Assembly (NCBI GenBank): GCA_021791335.1
Contig: JAJYWS010000023.1
Location: forward strand, 1 to 49,323
DNA from: Thermoplasmata archaeon
Lineage (GTDB): Archaea > Thermoplasmatota > Thermoplasmata > Lutacidiplasmatales > UBA184
Direction: 5' to 3'
DNA: 49,323 bases
The translations under genes and the position numbers were made by a program. The notes beneath the pieces are model-generated. The model ran no database searches, was not told where the DNA came from, and saw only the letters and a list, made by a program, of their open reading frames with translations. Below are positions 26,769-36,222 of this stretch, piece after piece. The number at the start of each line of letters is the position of its first letter. Within the stretch, counting starts at the first letter, position 1.

Positions 26769-28181
26769 CTATCCGACGGCGCCGATCATCTCGAGTTGAA
26801 TCAGCCGGTTGAGTTCCAGGGCGTAATCGACCGGGAGCTCCTTCGCGAACTCGGCCAGGAACCCCATCAGGATGAGGTGGATCGCATCGGACTCATTAAG
26901 CCCCCGGCTCATGAGGTAGAAGATCTGCTCCTCCCCGATCTTCCCGACCACGGCTTCGTGGGTGATCGTGGCGTCTTCCTCGTGGATCTCGTTGTAGGGG
27001 TAGGTGTCCGATCGGCTGCTGTCGTCCGGCAGCAGGGCATCGCACCGGACGGCCGCCTTCACGCCGGTCGCCCCCTTGGCGACGTGGAGAAGTCCGCGGT
27101 AGCTGGTCTGACCTCCCCGGATGGCGATCGACTTGGAGATGATCTTGCTCGAGGTGTCCGGCGCCGAATGCACCGCCTTGGCGCCCGAGTCGATGATCTG
27201 GCCGGCCGAGGCGAAGGCCACCGAGAGGATGTCGGCCCGGGCCCCGCGTCCCTTGAGGTAGACGCTGGGGTACTTCATCGTCACCTTGGAGCCCATGTTG
27301 CCGTCGACCCACTCGACGAGGGCGTTCTCGTAGGCGGCGGCCCGCTTGGTGACCAGGTTGTAGACGTTCTTCGACCAGTTCTGGACGGTCGTGTAGCGGA
27401 TCTTGGCGTACGGCTCGGCCACGACCTCCACTACCGCCGCATGGAGCGAGTCGGTGGAGTAGATGGGCGCGGTGCAGCCCTCGATGTAGTGGACCTTCGC
27501 CCCCTTGTCGGCGATGATCAGCGTCCGCTCGAACTGGCCGACGTTCTTGGCGTTGATCCGGAAGTAGGCCTGGAGCGGGATCCCGGCGTCGACCCCGGGC
27601 GGGATGTAGACGAAGCTGCCGCCCGACCAGACGGCGCTGTTGAGCGCCGCGAACTTGTTGTCATTGTACGGGATGGTCTTGCCGAAGTACTTCCGCAGCA
27701 GATCGGGGTGCTCCCGAACCGCCGTGTCGGTGTCGCAGAAGAGAATCCCCTTCTGGGTGAGATCTTCCCGGATCTTGTGGTAGACGGTCCCGCTGTCGTA
27801 CTGCGCACCGACGCCGCCGAAGTAGTCGCGCTCGGCCTTCGGAATCCCGAGGCGGTCGAAGGTGTTCTTGATGTCGGCGGGAAGGTCCTCCCAGCTCTGC
27901 TTCGGCCGGTCCTCGCCCATCGGGTCGGCGAAGTAGGTGAATGCATCGAAATCAATCTCCTCCAGGCTCGGGCCCCAGTCGGGCATCGGCCGGTCGACGA
28001 AGTGCTTGTAGGCCCGAAGCCGGTACTCCCGCATCCACTCCGGTTCCTTCTTGAGATCGGAGATCTTCTCGACGACCTCGACGCTGAGCCCCTTCGGAAT
28101 CCGGACCCGGTAGGTCTCGGGATTCTTGAAATCGTAGCGGGTATAGTCCAGCGGGGTAATCGCCGGTGCCGTCTGTGCCAT
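26769..28181 (-). CDS. sufB: Fe-S cluster assembly protein SufB
   Basis: GVGAQYDS, ALNSAVWSGG, GQFERTLI, EGCTAP, VQNWS, CDALL, THEA, FYLMSRG. Confidence 0.97.
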   Translation of the reverse strand: MAQTAPAITPLDYTRYDFKNPETYRVRIPKGLSVEVVEKISDLKKEPEWMREYRLRAYKHFVDRPMPDWGPSLEEIDFDAFTYFADPMGEDRPKQSWEDLPADIKNTFDRLGIPKAERDYFGGVGAQYDSGTVYHKIREDLTQKGILFCDTDTAVREHPDLLRKYFGKTIPYNDNKFAALNSAVWSGGSFVYIPPGVDAGIPLQAYFRINAKNVGQFERTLIIADKGAKVHYIEGCTAPIYSTDSLHAAVVEVVAEPYAKIRYTTVQNWSKNVYNLVTKRAAAYENALVEWVDGNMGSKVTMKYPSVYLKGRGARADILSVAFASAGQIIDSGAKAVHSAPDTSSKIISKSIAIRGGQTSYRGLLHVAKGATGVKAAVRCDALLPDDSSRSDTYPYNEIHEEDATITHEAVVGKIGEEQIFYLMSRGLNESDAIHLILMGFLAEFAKELPVDYALELNRLIQLEMIGAVG

Positions 28182-28196
28182 GGAGCGCCTCAGGTG

Positions 28197-28222
28197 ATTC
28201 CACCACACCGGTGTATTTAAAT
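28197..28222 (-). promoter_or_regulatory. Putative SufR operator overlapping the sufB TATA box
   Basis: Minus strand reads ATTTAAATACACCGGTGTGGTGGAAT. Confidence 0.6.
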
Positions 28223-28275
28223 CAACGGTCTCTTGGCACGCGACAGTTCCTGGGCCGGCGGATAAGGCCCCGACG

Positions 28276-29505
28276 CTACCGGGCGAACAGCGTGCGGATC
28301 CGGACGAGGGCGTCGACCAGGGCGTGGATTTCGTCGGGGGTGTTGTAGACGTAGGGGCTCGCCCGGGCCAGGGCCGGCACCTTCAGCCGTTCCATGAGGG
28401 GTTGGGCGCAGTGGTGGCCGGCCCGGACCGCGATCGCATCGGCATCCAGCAGGCTCGCGATATCGTGGGGATGGACCCCCTCGAGCGCGAAGGAAAGGAG
28501 TCCGAGGCGGCCGTCGCTTTCTTCCGGGCCGAAGATCCGGATCGAGGCTCCGAGCCGGTCGGCCAACTCCTGCCGCGCCTGCCGGTAGAGGGCCCGTTCG
28601 TGGTCGGCGATCGACTCCCAGCCGAGCCGTTCCAGGTAACTCAGGGCCGCGTCCAACCCCACCGCCCCGGCGACGTTGGGGGTGCCCGCCTCGAACCGGG
28701 CGGGCGGGTCCGCGAAGCGGACCGACTGCTGGTGGACCTCCCGGATCATTTCGCCCCCGCCCATGTAGGGCGGGAGGGTGCGGAGGAGCTCGGCACGGCC
28801 CCAGAGGACCCCGATGCCCATCGGGCCGAGCATCTTATGCCCCGAGAAGGCGACGAAATCGGCTCCGAGGGTCGTGACGTCGATCGGCTGGTGGGGGGCC
28901 GACTGGGCTGCGTCCACGACCACCCAGGCGCCCCGATCGTGGGCCATCTCGGCGATCTCCCGGATCGGGTTGACCGTGCCCAGCACGTTCGACGCCTGAG
29001 TGACCGCCACGACCCGGGTCGACCGGTCGAGGAGGCGATCCCAGTCGGCCGAGCAAAGCCGGCCGTCCTCGTTGATGTCCACGAACTGGAGGTCGATCCC
29101 CCGGGTCTCCCGCAGCCGCTGCCACGGGACGATGTTGGAATGATGCTCCATCACCGTCGTGAGGACCCGATCCCCGCGGTGGAGCCGCGACTCCCCGAGG
29201 GTCGCCGCGACCAGATTGAGGGCTTCAGTCGCCCCCCGTACGAAGACGATCTCCTCGGCGGTGCCGGCGCCGAGGAAGCGGGCGACGTGCTCCCGGGCCG
29301 CCTCGTACCGCGCGTCGGCCTCCTGGCTCAGGGCATAGACGCCCCGCCGCACATTGGCGTTCTCGTGGGTGTAGAAGTGGGCCTCGGCCTCGATGACGGA
29401 CCGGGGCTTCTGGGAGGTCGCCGCCGAGTCGAGGTAGACGAGCGGCTTCCCGTGAAAGGTGCGATCGAGGACCGGGAAGTCGGGCCGGATCCGCGCGAGG
29501 TCCAT
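28276..29505 (-). CDS. sufS: Cysteine desulfurase SufS
   Basis: YLDSAATSQKP, EHHSN, FSGHKMLGP, RFEAGTP, RAGHHCA (group II). Confidence 0.96.
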   Translation of the reverse strand: MDLARIRPDFPVLDRTFHGKPLVYLDSAATSQKPRSVIEAEAHFYTHENANVRRGVYALSQEADARYEAAREHVARFLGAGTAEEIVFVRGATEALNLVAATLGESRLHRGDRVLTTVMEHHSNIVPWQRLRETRGIDLQFVDINEDGRLCSADWDRLLDRSTRVVAVTQASNVLGTVNPIREIAEMAHDRGAWVVVDAAQSAPHQPIDVTTLGADFVAFSGHKMLGPMGIGVLWGRAELLRTLPPYMGGGEMIREVHQQSVRFADPPARFEAGTPNVAGAVGLDAALSYLERLGWESIADHERALYRQARQELADRLGASIRIFGPEESDGRLGLLSFALEGVHPHDIASLLDADAIAVRAGHHCAQPLMERLKVPALARASPYVYNTPDEIHALVDALVRIRTLFAR

Positions 29506-29527
29506 GGACCACCCTCGGCGGATCGGA

Positions 29528-30304
29528 TCAGCTCGGACTCACGAGGCCGACCCGAACCCAGTCGTAGCCCTTCGCCTCAAGTTCCTCGGCGAGGCTCCGG
29601 CCGCCCGAGAGGGCGATGACCCCGTCGACCATGACATGGATCTGGTCCGGTCGGATGTACTTGAGGATCCGCTGGTAGTGGGTGATGACGAGCGTGCCGG
29701 TCTGGGGGTTATGGAGCTTGGCGACCGTCTCCCCGACCGCCCGGACCGCATCAATGTCCAGCCCGGAATCGGGCTCGTCGAGGATGGCGAAGTGGGGCTG
29801 GAGAATGCCCATCTGCAGGACCTCGTTGCGCTTCTTTTCCCCGCCCGAGAAGCCTTCGTTGAGGGACCGCTTGAGGAGGGCCGGTTCCATCCCGAGCATC
29901 TCCAAGGTTTGCTTGAGCTGACCGTCGAACGCCGCCATGTCGGCGGTCTCCGCCGTGTGCCGTTGCATGTACGACGTCCAGAGGAACTTGGACAGCGAAA
30001 GCCCCGAGACTTCCTGGGGGTACTGGAAACCCAGGAAAAGGCCGGCCTTGGAACGTTGATCGACCGGTAGGGTCAGGAGATCGGTCCCGTCCAGCCGGGC
30101 CTCCCCGGCCGTGACCTTGTACTTCGGGTGCCCCATGAGAGCGTAGGCGAGCGTGCTCTTCCCCGACCCGTTCGGGCCCATCAGAGCGGTCAACTCGCCG
30201 CTTTTCAACGTCAGCGTGACCCCCTTCAGGATCTCCTTCCCGGCGACCTCCACATGGAGGTCCTTCACCACAAGGGAATGCGCCGGCGTCGCTGCTGCGG
30301 TCAT
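29528..30304 (-). CDS. sufC: Fe-S cluster assembly ATPase SufC
   Basis: MGPNGSGKST, FQYP, NEGFSGGEKKRNE, LDEPDSGLDID, ITHYQR. Confidence 0.97.
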   Translation of the reverse strand: MTAAATPAHSLVVKDLHVEVAGKEILKGVTLTLKSGELTALMGPNGSGKSTLAYALMGHPKYKVTAGEARLDGTDLLTLPVDQRSKAGLFLGFQYPQEVSGLSLSKFLWTSYMQRHTAETADMAAFDGQLKQTLEMLGMEPALLKRSLNEGFSGGEKKRNEVLQMGILQPHFAILDEPDSGLDIDAVRAVGETVAKLHNPQTGTLVITHYQRILKYIRPDQIHVMVDGVIALSGGRSLAEELEAKGYDWVRVGLVSPS

Positions 30305-30331
30305 TGGCGAGTGTGCAAAGTCGCCCGGTTT

Positions 30332-30357
30332 ATTTAAGCATGGCGTTGTGTTTAAAT
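30332..30357. promoter_or_regulatory. Pseudo-palindromic putative SufR operator in the divergent sufC/sufR promoter
   Basis: ATTTAAGCA-N8-TGTTTAAAT with 8/9 inverted-repeat arms; an overlapping half-site CCGGTTTATTTA at 30325-30336. Confidence 0.65.
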
Positions 30358-30414
30358 TATATACCTCCGGCGGCTCTATTGAGGCGAGGGTAGACGGGCG
30401 TACCGAATTCGTCC

Positions 30415-31053
30415 ATGCCGACCGATCTGCTGGAAGGCACCCGGGGCCGGATCCTCGAAGAAGTGGCCCGGTCCCCTCGGACGGCCCACGACCTGGCCAC
30501 GAGCCTCGGCATCCAGGAGAGCGCGGCCCGGGGCCACCTCGAGCGGCTGGAGGAGCGCGGTCTGGTCTTGGCCTCCTTTTCCCGGGAGGGCGTGGGTCGT
30601 CCCCGGAAGCGCTACTCCCTGACCCCTCAGGGCCAGGAGATGTTCCCCAAGCGCTACGAACTTCTCCTCGACGCGGTGGTTGATGAGCTCCTGGAGCGGG
30701 AAGGGAACGAGTTCGTCGGGCGGCTCTTCAGCGGCGCAGCGCACCGGATGGCCCGGCAGGTCGTCCAGCAGGTGGGCACCTCCCCGGCGCCGGAGGAGCG
30801 CGCGCTTCGCCTCGTCGATGCCCTCAACGGGCTCGGCTTCCGGTGCACCCTCGACCGGGACCCCGAAGGGAACCTGCGGATTGTCCGGACCAACTGCGTC
30901 TTCCGCCATACCGCCCTCACCCACAGCCACCTCCTCTGCGACATCTTCGATCGCCAGTTGACCCGGGCCCTGCTCGGCGAGCTCGACGTCGACCTGCAGG
31001 ACTCCATCGGCCGGGGAGGCGTCCGATGTACGCATCTCATCCGGCTCGCCTGA
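30415..31053 (+). CDS. sufR: SufR-like winged-helix transcriptional regulator with C-terminal Cys ligands
   Basis: HTH with GRPRKRYSLT and FPKRY; C-terminal NCVF...LCD...RCTH; divergent from sufC. Confidence 0.8.
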   Translation: MPTDLLEGTRGRILEEVARSPRTAHDLATSLGIQESAARGHLERLEERGLVLASFSREGVGRPRKRYSLTPQGQEMFPKRYELLLDAVVDELLEREGNEFVGRLFSGAAHRMARQVVQQVGTSPAPEERALRLVDALNGLGFRCTLDRDPEGNLRIVRTNCVFRHTALTHSHLLCDIFDRQLTRALLGELDVDLQDSIGRGGVRCTHLIRLA

Positions 31054-31973
31054 AGGCGGGCGGATCGTCGTCGGAGGCCGGGTGCAGCCCCCGTTCGACG
31101 GCGATCGATGCCTACGTCGCCCGGATCGGCGGAACTCCGCTGCTGAAGCTGGCCCGGCTTGCCCGCGGCCTCACCGGTATCGAACTCTGGGCCAAAGGCG
31201 AGTTCTTGAACCCGTCCGGCTCGGTCAAGGACCGGGCCGCCTGGGCGATGGTCCGGGACGGCCTTTCCCGGGGAGAGCTGGGCAGCGGCCGTACGCTCCT
31301 GGACGCTTCGAGCGGCAACACGGCGATCGCCTACGCCCACCTGGGCGCCCGCCTGGGTTTCCCGGTGGAGCTCTGCCTGCCGAAGACCGTCCCGGCCGAG
31401 CGGCTCGACCGGCTCTACAGTCTCGGTGCCCGGGTCGTTTTGACCGACCCCCTCGAAGGCACCGACGGGGCCCAGGCCGAAGCCGAACGGAGGGCGCGGG
31501 AGTCACCGGCGGACTACTACTATCCCGACCAGTACCGGAACCCCTGGAATCCTCGGGCCCACTACGAGACGACCGGGCCGGAGATCTGGGCGCAGACGAG
31601 CGGCCGGGTGACCCACTGGATCGCCGGGGTCGGGACCGGCGGGACCCTGACGGGCACGGGAACGTACCTTCGGGAGCGTTCCCCGGGTGTCGCGATCGTG
31701 GGGGTGGAACCGGACCGCCCCCTGCACGGGATCGAAGGCCTGAAGCACCTGCCGACGGCCCGGGTGCCGTCGGTCTACGATGCCTCGCTCGTCACCCGGA
31801 CGGTCCGGGTATCCACTGAAGAGGCGATCGAGATGCAGGGCCGGTTGGCCCGGGACGAGGGACTGTTGGTCGGACGGTCGTCCGGGGCCGCGGTGGCCGG
31901 GGCCCTACAGCTGGCCCGGTCCCTCGCCCACGGCGTTGTGGTGACGGTGCTGGCCGATCGGGGGGACCGATGA
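31026..31973 (+). CDS. cysM: PLP-dependent cysteine synthase (CysM-like)
   Basis: GGTPL, NPSGSVKDR, ASSGNT, GVGTGGT, IEGLK, GRSSGA; ATG 31026 with GGAGG upstream. Confidence 0.85.
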   Translation: MYASHPARLKAGGSSSEAGCSPRSTAIDAYVARIGGTPLLKLARLARGLTGIELWAKGEFLNPSGSVKDRAAWAMVRDGLSRGELGSGRTLLDASSGNTAIAYAHLGARLGFPVELCLPKTVPAERLDRLYSLGARVVLTDPLEGTDGAQAEAERRARESPADYYYPDQYRNPWNPRAHYETTGPEIWAQTSGRVTHWIAGVGTGGTLTGTGTYLRERSPGVAIVGVEPDRPLHGIEGLKHLPTARVPSVYDASLVTRTVRVSTEEAIEMQGRLARDEGLLVGRSSGAAVAGALQLARSLAHGVVVTVLADRGDR

Positions 31974-32461
31974 CCGATCCCCCCTGGTCCCTCGCCGCAT
32001 CGGCCCTCGCCGTGATCGAGGCCCACGGGCGGACGTCGTACCCCGAGGAGTGCTGCGGCTTCCTCGTGGCGCCGGCCGCGGAGGTTTCCCGCGGTGTCCG
32101 GCGGATTCGCGAGGCGATCCCCACCCCCAACCGGGCCACCGCCGACCGGCACCGGAGGTACGTGATCGATCCGCTCGAACTCGCTCGGGTCGAGCGGGCG
32201 ATCGCCCCATCCGCCCTTCTTGTGGGGATCTACCACTCCCATCCCGACCACCCGGCGGTCCCGTCGGAGTTCGACCGGGAGCGGGCGTGGCCCTGGTACA
32301 CCTACCTGGTCCTTTCGGTCCCGCAGACGGGGGCGCCCACGTTCGGAGCCTTCGAATGGGATCCTACGACCCATCAATTTCATCCGCGCCGGCTCCGGAT
32401 CGAGGGAGGGGCTCCCTCGGACCCCCCCGGGGGCCGGGAGGATGGAGAGGACAACCGATGA
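31970..32461 (+). CDS. JAMM/MPN+ metallopeptidase (Mec-like, M67)
   Basis: YPEECCG and IYHSHPDHPAVPSEFD (E...HxH-x7-S-x2-D). Confidence 0.9.
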   Translation: MTDPPWSLAASALAVIEAHGRTSYPEECCGFLVAPAAEVSRGVRRIREAIPTPNRATADRHRRYVIDPLELARVERAIAPSALLVGIYHSHPDHPAVPSEFDRERAWPWYTYLVLSVPQTGAPTFGAFEWDPTTHQFHPRRLRIEGGAPSDPPGGREDGEDNR

Positions 32462-33903
32462 TGGCAACCGGGACGGTACGGGTGGAGATCCCCACCCCCT
32501 TGAGAGGGTGGGTCGACGGACAGGCCGCGATCGAGGTCGAGGGGAGCACGGTCGGGACCGTGCTCGAGGCCGTGGCGGCCCGGTATCCGGCGCTGCGGCC
32601 GCATCTCTTCGGGCCGACCGGAGCGCTCCGGGGATTCGTCTCCATCTACCTGAACCAGGAGGACATCCGCTACCGGGAGCGGGAGGCGACCCCGGTCCGA
32701 CCGGGGGACGTGATCTCGATTGTCCCGGCGATCGCCGGCGGCGCGGGCGAACCCGCCACGGTCGGCTTGTCTCGGGAGGAGATGCAGCGCTACAGTCGGC
32801 ACCTCCTGCTGCCGGAGGTAGGGCTCCGGGGCCAGCGCAAGCTCAAGGAGGCCCGGGTCCTCCTGGTCGGGGCCGGGGGCCTCGGCTCCCCGACCGCCAC
32901 CTACCTCGCGGCGGCCGGCGTCGGACGCATCGGGCTCGTCGAGTTCGACACCGTCGATCTCTCCAACCTCCAACGGCAGATCCTCTACACGACCGAGGAT
33001 CTCGGACGGCCCAAGCTCGAGGTGGCCGCCGAACGGCTGCGGGCGCTCAATCCCGAGGTCACGGTCGAACCCCACCCGGGGCCGCTCACGAGCGCCAACG
33101 CTCTCGACCTCCTGAAGGGCTACGACGTGGTGGTGGACGGCACCGACAACTTCCCGACCCGCTACCTCGTGAATGACGCGGCGGTCCTCACCGGAATCCC
33201 GAATGTCTACGGGTCGATCTACCGATTCGAGGGCCAGGTGACGGTCTTCGGCGGCCGCGCCGGACCCTGCTACCGGTGCCTGTATCCGGAACCGCCCCCG
33301 CCGAACCTGGTTCCGTCCTGTGCCGAGGCGGGGGTTCTGGGGGTCCTCCCGGGCGTCGTCGGGCTCCTCCAGGCGATCGAGACGCTGAAGCTCCTGTTGG
33401 GGGTCGGCGAGCCGCTCATCGGCCGGCTCCTGCTCTTCGACGCCCTCGCCCTGCGGTTCCGGGAACTTCAGGTCCGGGCCAGCCCCGACTGCGATCTCTG
33501 CGGCCCGAAGGCGACCCAGCGGGGACTCATCGACTACCCGGAGTTCTGCGGGGTGTCCGCCCCGGGGGCCCCCAATGCGTCGGAGATCCCGTCGATCCTC
33601 CCCGCAGAGCTCGTCGGGCGGCTCCGCGACCGCGACCCGCCGTTGCTGCTGGATGTCCGGGAACCGGAGGAGTGGGCGATCGCCCGGATCGAGGGGGCCC
33701 GGTTGATCCCGCTCGGCGAGCTCGCCGAACGGGTCGATGAGCTCACCGGGGCCCGGGAGATCGTCGTCTACTGCAAGATGGGGGGCCGGTCGGCCCGGGC
33801 GGTCGCCCAACTGACCGAACTGGGCTTCCGTGGGGTCCGGCACCTCGACGGCGGAATCGACCGCTGGAGCCGGGACGTCGATCCGTCGATGCCCCGCTAC
33901 TGA
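32458..33903 (+). CDS. moeB: Fusion of ubiquitin-like sulfur carrier (MoaD/CysO/SAMP), MoeB/E1 adenylyltransferase and rhodanese (MoeZ-like)
   Basis: Beta-grasp domain ending PAIAGG at 32742; RYSRH, GAGGLG, SNLQRQ, DNFPTRY, CYRC, PSCAEAG, CDLC; rhodanese LDVRE...YCKMGGRS. Confidence 0.92.
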   Translation: MMATGTVRVEIPTPLRGWVDGQAAIEVEGSTVGTVLEAVAARYPALRPHLFGPTGALRGFVSIYLNQEDIRYREREATPVRPGDVISIVPAIAGGAGEPATVGLSREEMQRYSRHLLLPEVGLRGQRKLKEARVLLVGAGGLGSPTATYLAAAGVGRIGLVEFDTVDLSNLQRQILYTTEDLGRPKLEVAAERLRALNPEVTVEPHPGPLTSANALDLLKGYDVVVDGTDNFPTRYLVNDAAVLTGIPNVYGSIYRFEGQVTVFGGRAGPCYRCLYPEPPPPNLVPSCAEAGVLGVLPGVVGLLQAIETLKLLLGVGEPLIGRLLLFDALALRFRELQVRASPDCDLCGPKATQRGLIDYPEFCGVSAPGAPNASEIPSILPAELVGRLRDRDPPLLLDVREPEEWAIARIEGARLIPLGELAERVDELTGAREIVVYCKMGGRSARAVAQLTELGFRGVRHLDGGIDRWSRDVDPSMPRY

Positions 33904-34451
33904 CCCGGCCCGTGGGGGACGTAGATCCCCTCGGCCGGGTTCGCGCCGTGGGATCGCGCGCGCCGGGACAGCTCCCGGATGAACTCCTCGGGGGCGATCG
34001 GGGAGATGAAGATCGGAACCCCGTCCCCGTAGATCAACATCCCGTGGACATCGGAGTACACCGCATCGAACGCCCCGATGAAGGGGCTCCACATGCGGCC
34101 CCGGTAGCCCCAGGACCCCGTGAAGCCGACCGGGGAGAGATCCCGCAGCGTCGCCCGGTCGATCCGGTAGATCGATCCGAGCGGGATCCTCCGCGTCCCG
34201 ACGAGCCGGCGCGCGCGGAGCGACTCCGCGTCGAGCAGGTAGGAGGTCGAGGCGTACCGGAGCAGGAGGAAGAGCATGATCCCGACGAGCAGGTAGGGGG
34301 CCCAGGTGTAGTGGGTGAGCGCGCTCGACGGGGCGACGGCCAGCACCAGCAGGATGAGCACGATGTACACCCCCACGATGGGAAGGCTCAGCCGCCCGTG
34401 GACTCGGTACCGTCCCTCGGCATCGATCTGCGGCGGCGGGGGGTCCGGCAC
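33897..34451 (-). CDS. Membrane protein with bacterial PH-like domain
   Basis: Two TM helices followed by a beta-rich domain; GTG 34451 follows the ABCE1 stop. Confidence 0.65.
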   Translation of the reverse strand: MPDPPPPQIDAEGRYRVHGRLSLPIVGVYIVLILLVLAVAPSSALTHYTWAPYLLVGIMLFLLLRYASTSYLLDAESLRARRLVGTRRIPLGSIYRIDRATLRDLSPVGFTGSWGYRGRMWSPFIGAFDAVYSDVHGMLIYGDGVPIFISPIAPEEFIRELSRRARSHGANPAEGIYVPHGPGQ

Positions 34452-34458
34452 GGGCCCC

Positions 34459-36222
34459 CTAGGCCGCGGGCTCGTAGTAATACTCTCCGATGGCCCGCTG
34501 CTCCCGGTCCAGGACCGACCCCTCCTGGTTGATGCGGGGCCGACGGGTATCGGCATCCCGTCGGAAGGTGATCCCGATCTCCCGCAGGAGCGCGTTCATG
34601 CCGGTCCGCATGGGGAACGGTCCGCGCCCCACGCCCGCGTTCGGGGTATCGGCCGGGTGGAGGAAGACCATCAAGCGATCGCAGGCGAGGTCGAGGAAGT
34701 AGACGTCGTGGTCCACCACGAGGGCGGTCACCGCCTGCCGCTCCACCTGCCGTCGGATCAGCCGGGCCATCGACATCCGCTCGTCGGCGTCGAGGTATGC
34801 CGACGGTTCGTCGAGGAGGTAGACCGACGCCCGCCGCGCGAGCGCAAGGGCGACCGCGCTCCGTTGGAGTTCGCCCCCCGAGAGCGCGGCCAGATCCACA
34901 TCGAGGATCTCCTCGAGGTGCAGCCCGGGCACCAGGTCCCGCTCGAAGAGCGCGAGATCGAAGCCCGGATCGGTCCCCAATCCGGCCGCCCGTTCCCGAA
35001 GGTTGGTCCCCTTGGGCGCCTTGAGGTACTGCGGCTTATAGCTCACCGCGACCCCGGCCGGAGGCGTCCCCTCGGTCGGGGGCTCGGCGCCGGCGAGCAT
35101 GCGTACGAAGGTCGTCTTGCCGGTGCCGTTGGGCCCCACGATGCCGACCGTCTCCCCGCGGCCCAGGGTGCCCGGGTCGGTGGCGACCCGGAACTGGGGA
35201 TAGACCCGGAGCAGCGCCGGAAACTCGAAGGCGACGGTGCCGGCGGTCGGCGGTTTCGGGGGGTGGGCCACGAACCGGACGGGTTCGCTGCGGAACCGGA
35301 CGTTCTCGTCCTTGAGGTACCCGCCGAGGTAGGTGTTGACCGCCGAGCGCATCGGTAGCGGGTGGCTGACCACCCCGAAGGCCGAGGCCGTGCCGTAGAT
35401 GAGGTGGGCCTGGTCGGCCAGATAGTCGAGGAGCGCGAGGTCGTGTTCGATCACGAGCACGCCCGCCCGCTCCCCCAGCCGGCGGAGGTGGCGGGCGACC
35501 TCCAGGCGCCGGACGATGTCGAGGTAGCTCGACGGTTCGTCGATCAGGTAGAAATCCCCCGGGGTGGCGAGGGCCCGGGCGATCGCGGTCAGCTGGAGTT
35601 CGCCGCCCGACAGTTCGGAGAGACGACGCCCGGCCAGCGGCGTGAGGCCGACGTCGGCGAGGACGGTGTCCGAACCGACATACTCCCCGACGGTGCCGGC
35701 CACCTGTCCGATGGGCTCGACATACTGGGGCTTCACCACCGCCCGGAGCCGCCCGTCCGCGATCCGCTTGAGGTGGGCCCAGATCGCCGTGCCCCGGTAG
35801 TGGTCGAGGATCTCGGGCCACTCGGGAGGGGCATCGTACCGGCCCAGATTGGGCCGCTCGGCGCCCGCGAGGATCTTGAGGGCCGTCGACTTTCCCGTCC
35901 CGTTGGGACCCAACAGGCCCGTGATCCCGCGGGTCGGCGGGAGCGGTAGGCGGTAGAGCCGGAATCCATTGTAGCCGAAGCGGTGGACGATCTCCGACTC
36001 CGAGGCCTCGGGCGTGTTGAGGATCTTGATCGCGTCGAACGGGCATTTGTGGACGCAGATCCCGCACCCGATGCAGAGCGTCTCCGAGATGACCGGTTTC
36101 CCCAGCGGTCCCTCGACGATGCACTCCTGGCCCATCCGCACCGGGGGGCAGTACTCCCGGCACTCCCACTGGCACTCCTTGGGGTGGCAGCGATCCGAGA
36201 GCAGGATGGCAATCCGCGCCAT
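34459..36222 (-). CDS. rli: Ribosome recycling ATPase ABCE1/RLI
   Basis: N-terminal CHPKEC..ECREYCP and CIGCGICVHKCP; two ABC domains (GPNGTGKS/T, LSGGELQ, DEPS). Confidence 0.96.
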   Translation of the reverse strand: MARIAILLSDRCHPKECQWECREYCPPVRMGQECIVEGPLGKPVISETLCIGCGICVHKCPFDAIKILNTPEASESEIVHRFGYNGFRLYRLPLPPTRGITGLLGPNGTGKSTALKILAGAERPNLGRYDAPPEWPEILDHYRGTAIWAHLKRIADGRLRAVVKPQYVEPIGQVAGTVGEYVGSDTVLADVGLTPLAGRRLSELSGGELQLTAIARALATPGDFYLIDEPSSYLDIVRRLEVARHLRRLGERAGVLVIEHDLALLDYLADQAHLIYGTASAFGVVSHPLPMRSAVNTYLGGYLKDENVRFRSEPVRFVAHPPKPPTAGTVAFEFPALLRVYPQFRVATDPGTLGRGETVGIVGPNGTGKTTFVRMLAGAEPPTEGTPPAGVAVSYKPQYLKAPKGTNLRERAAGLGTDPGFDLALFERDLVPGLHLEEILDVDLAALSGGELQRSAVALALARRASVYLLDEPSAYLDADERMSMARLIRRQVERQAVTALVVDHDVYFLDLACDRLMVFLHPADTPNAGVGRGPFPMRTGMNALLREIGITFRRDADTRRPRINQEGSVLDREQRAIGEYYYEPAA

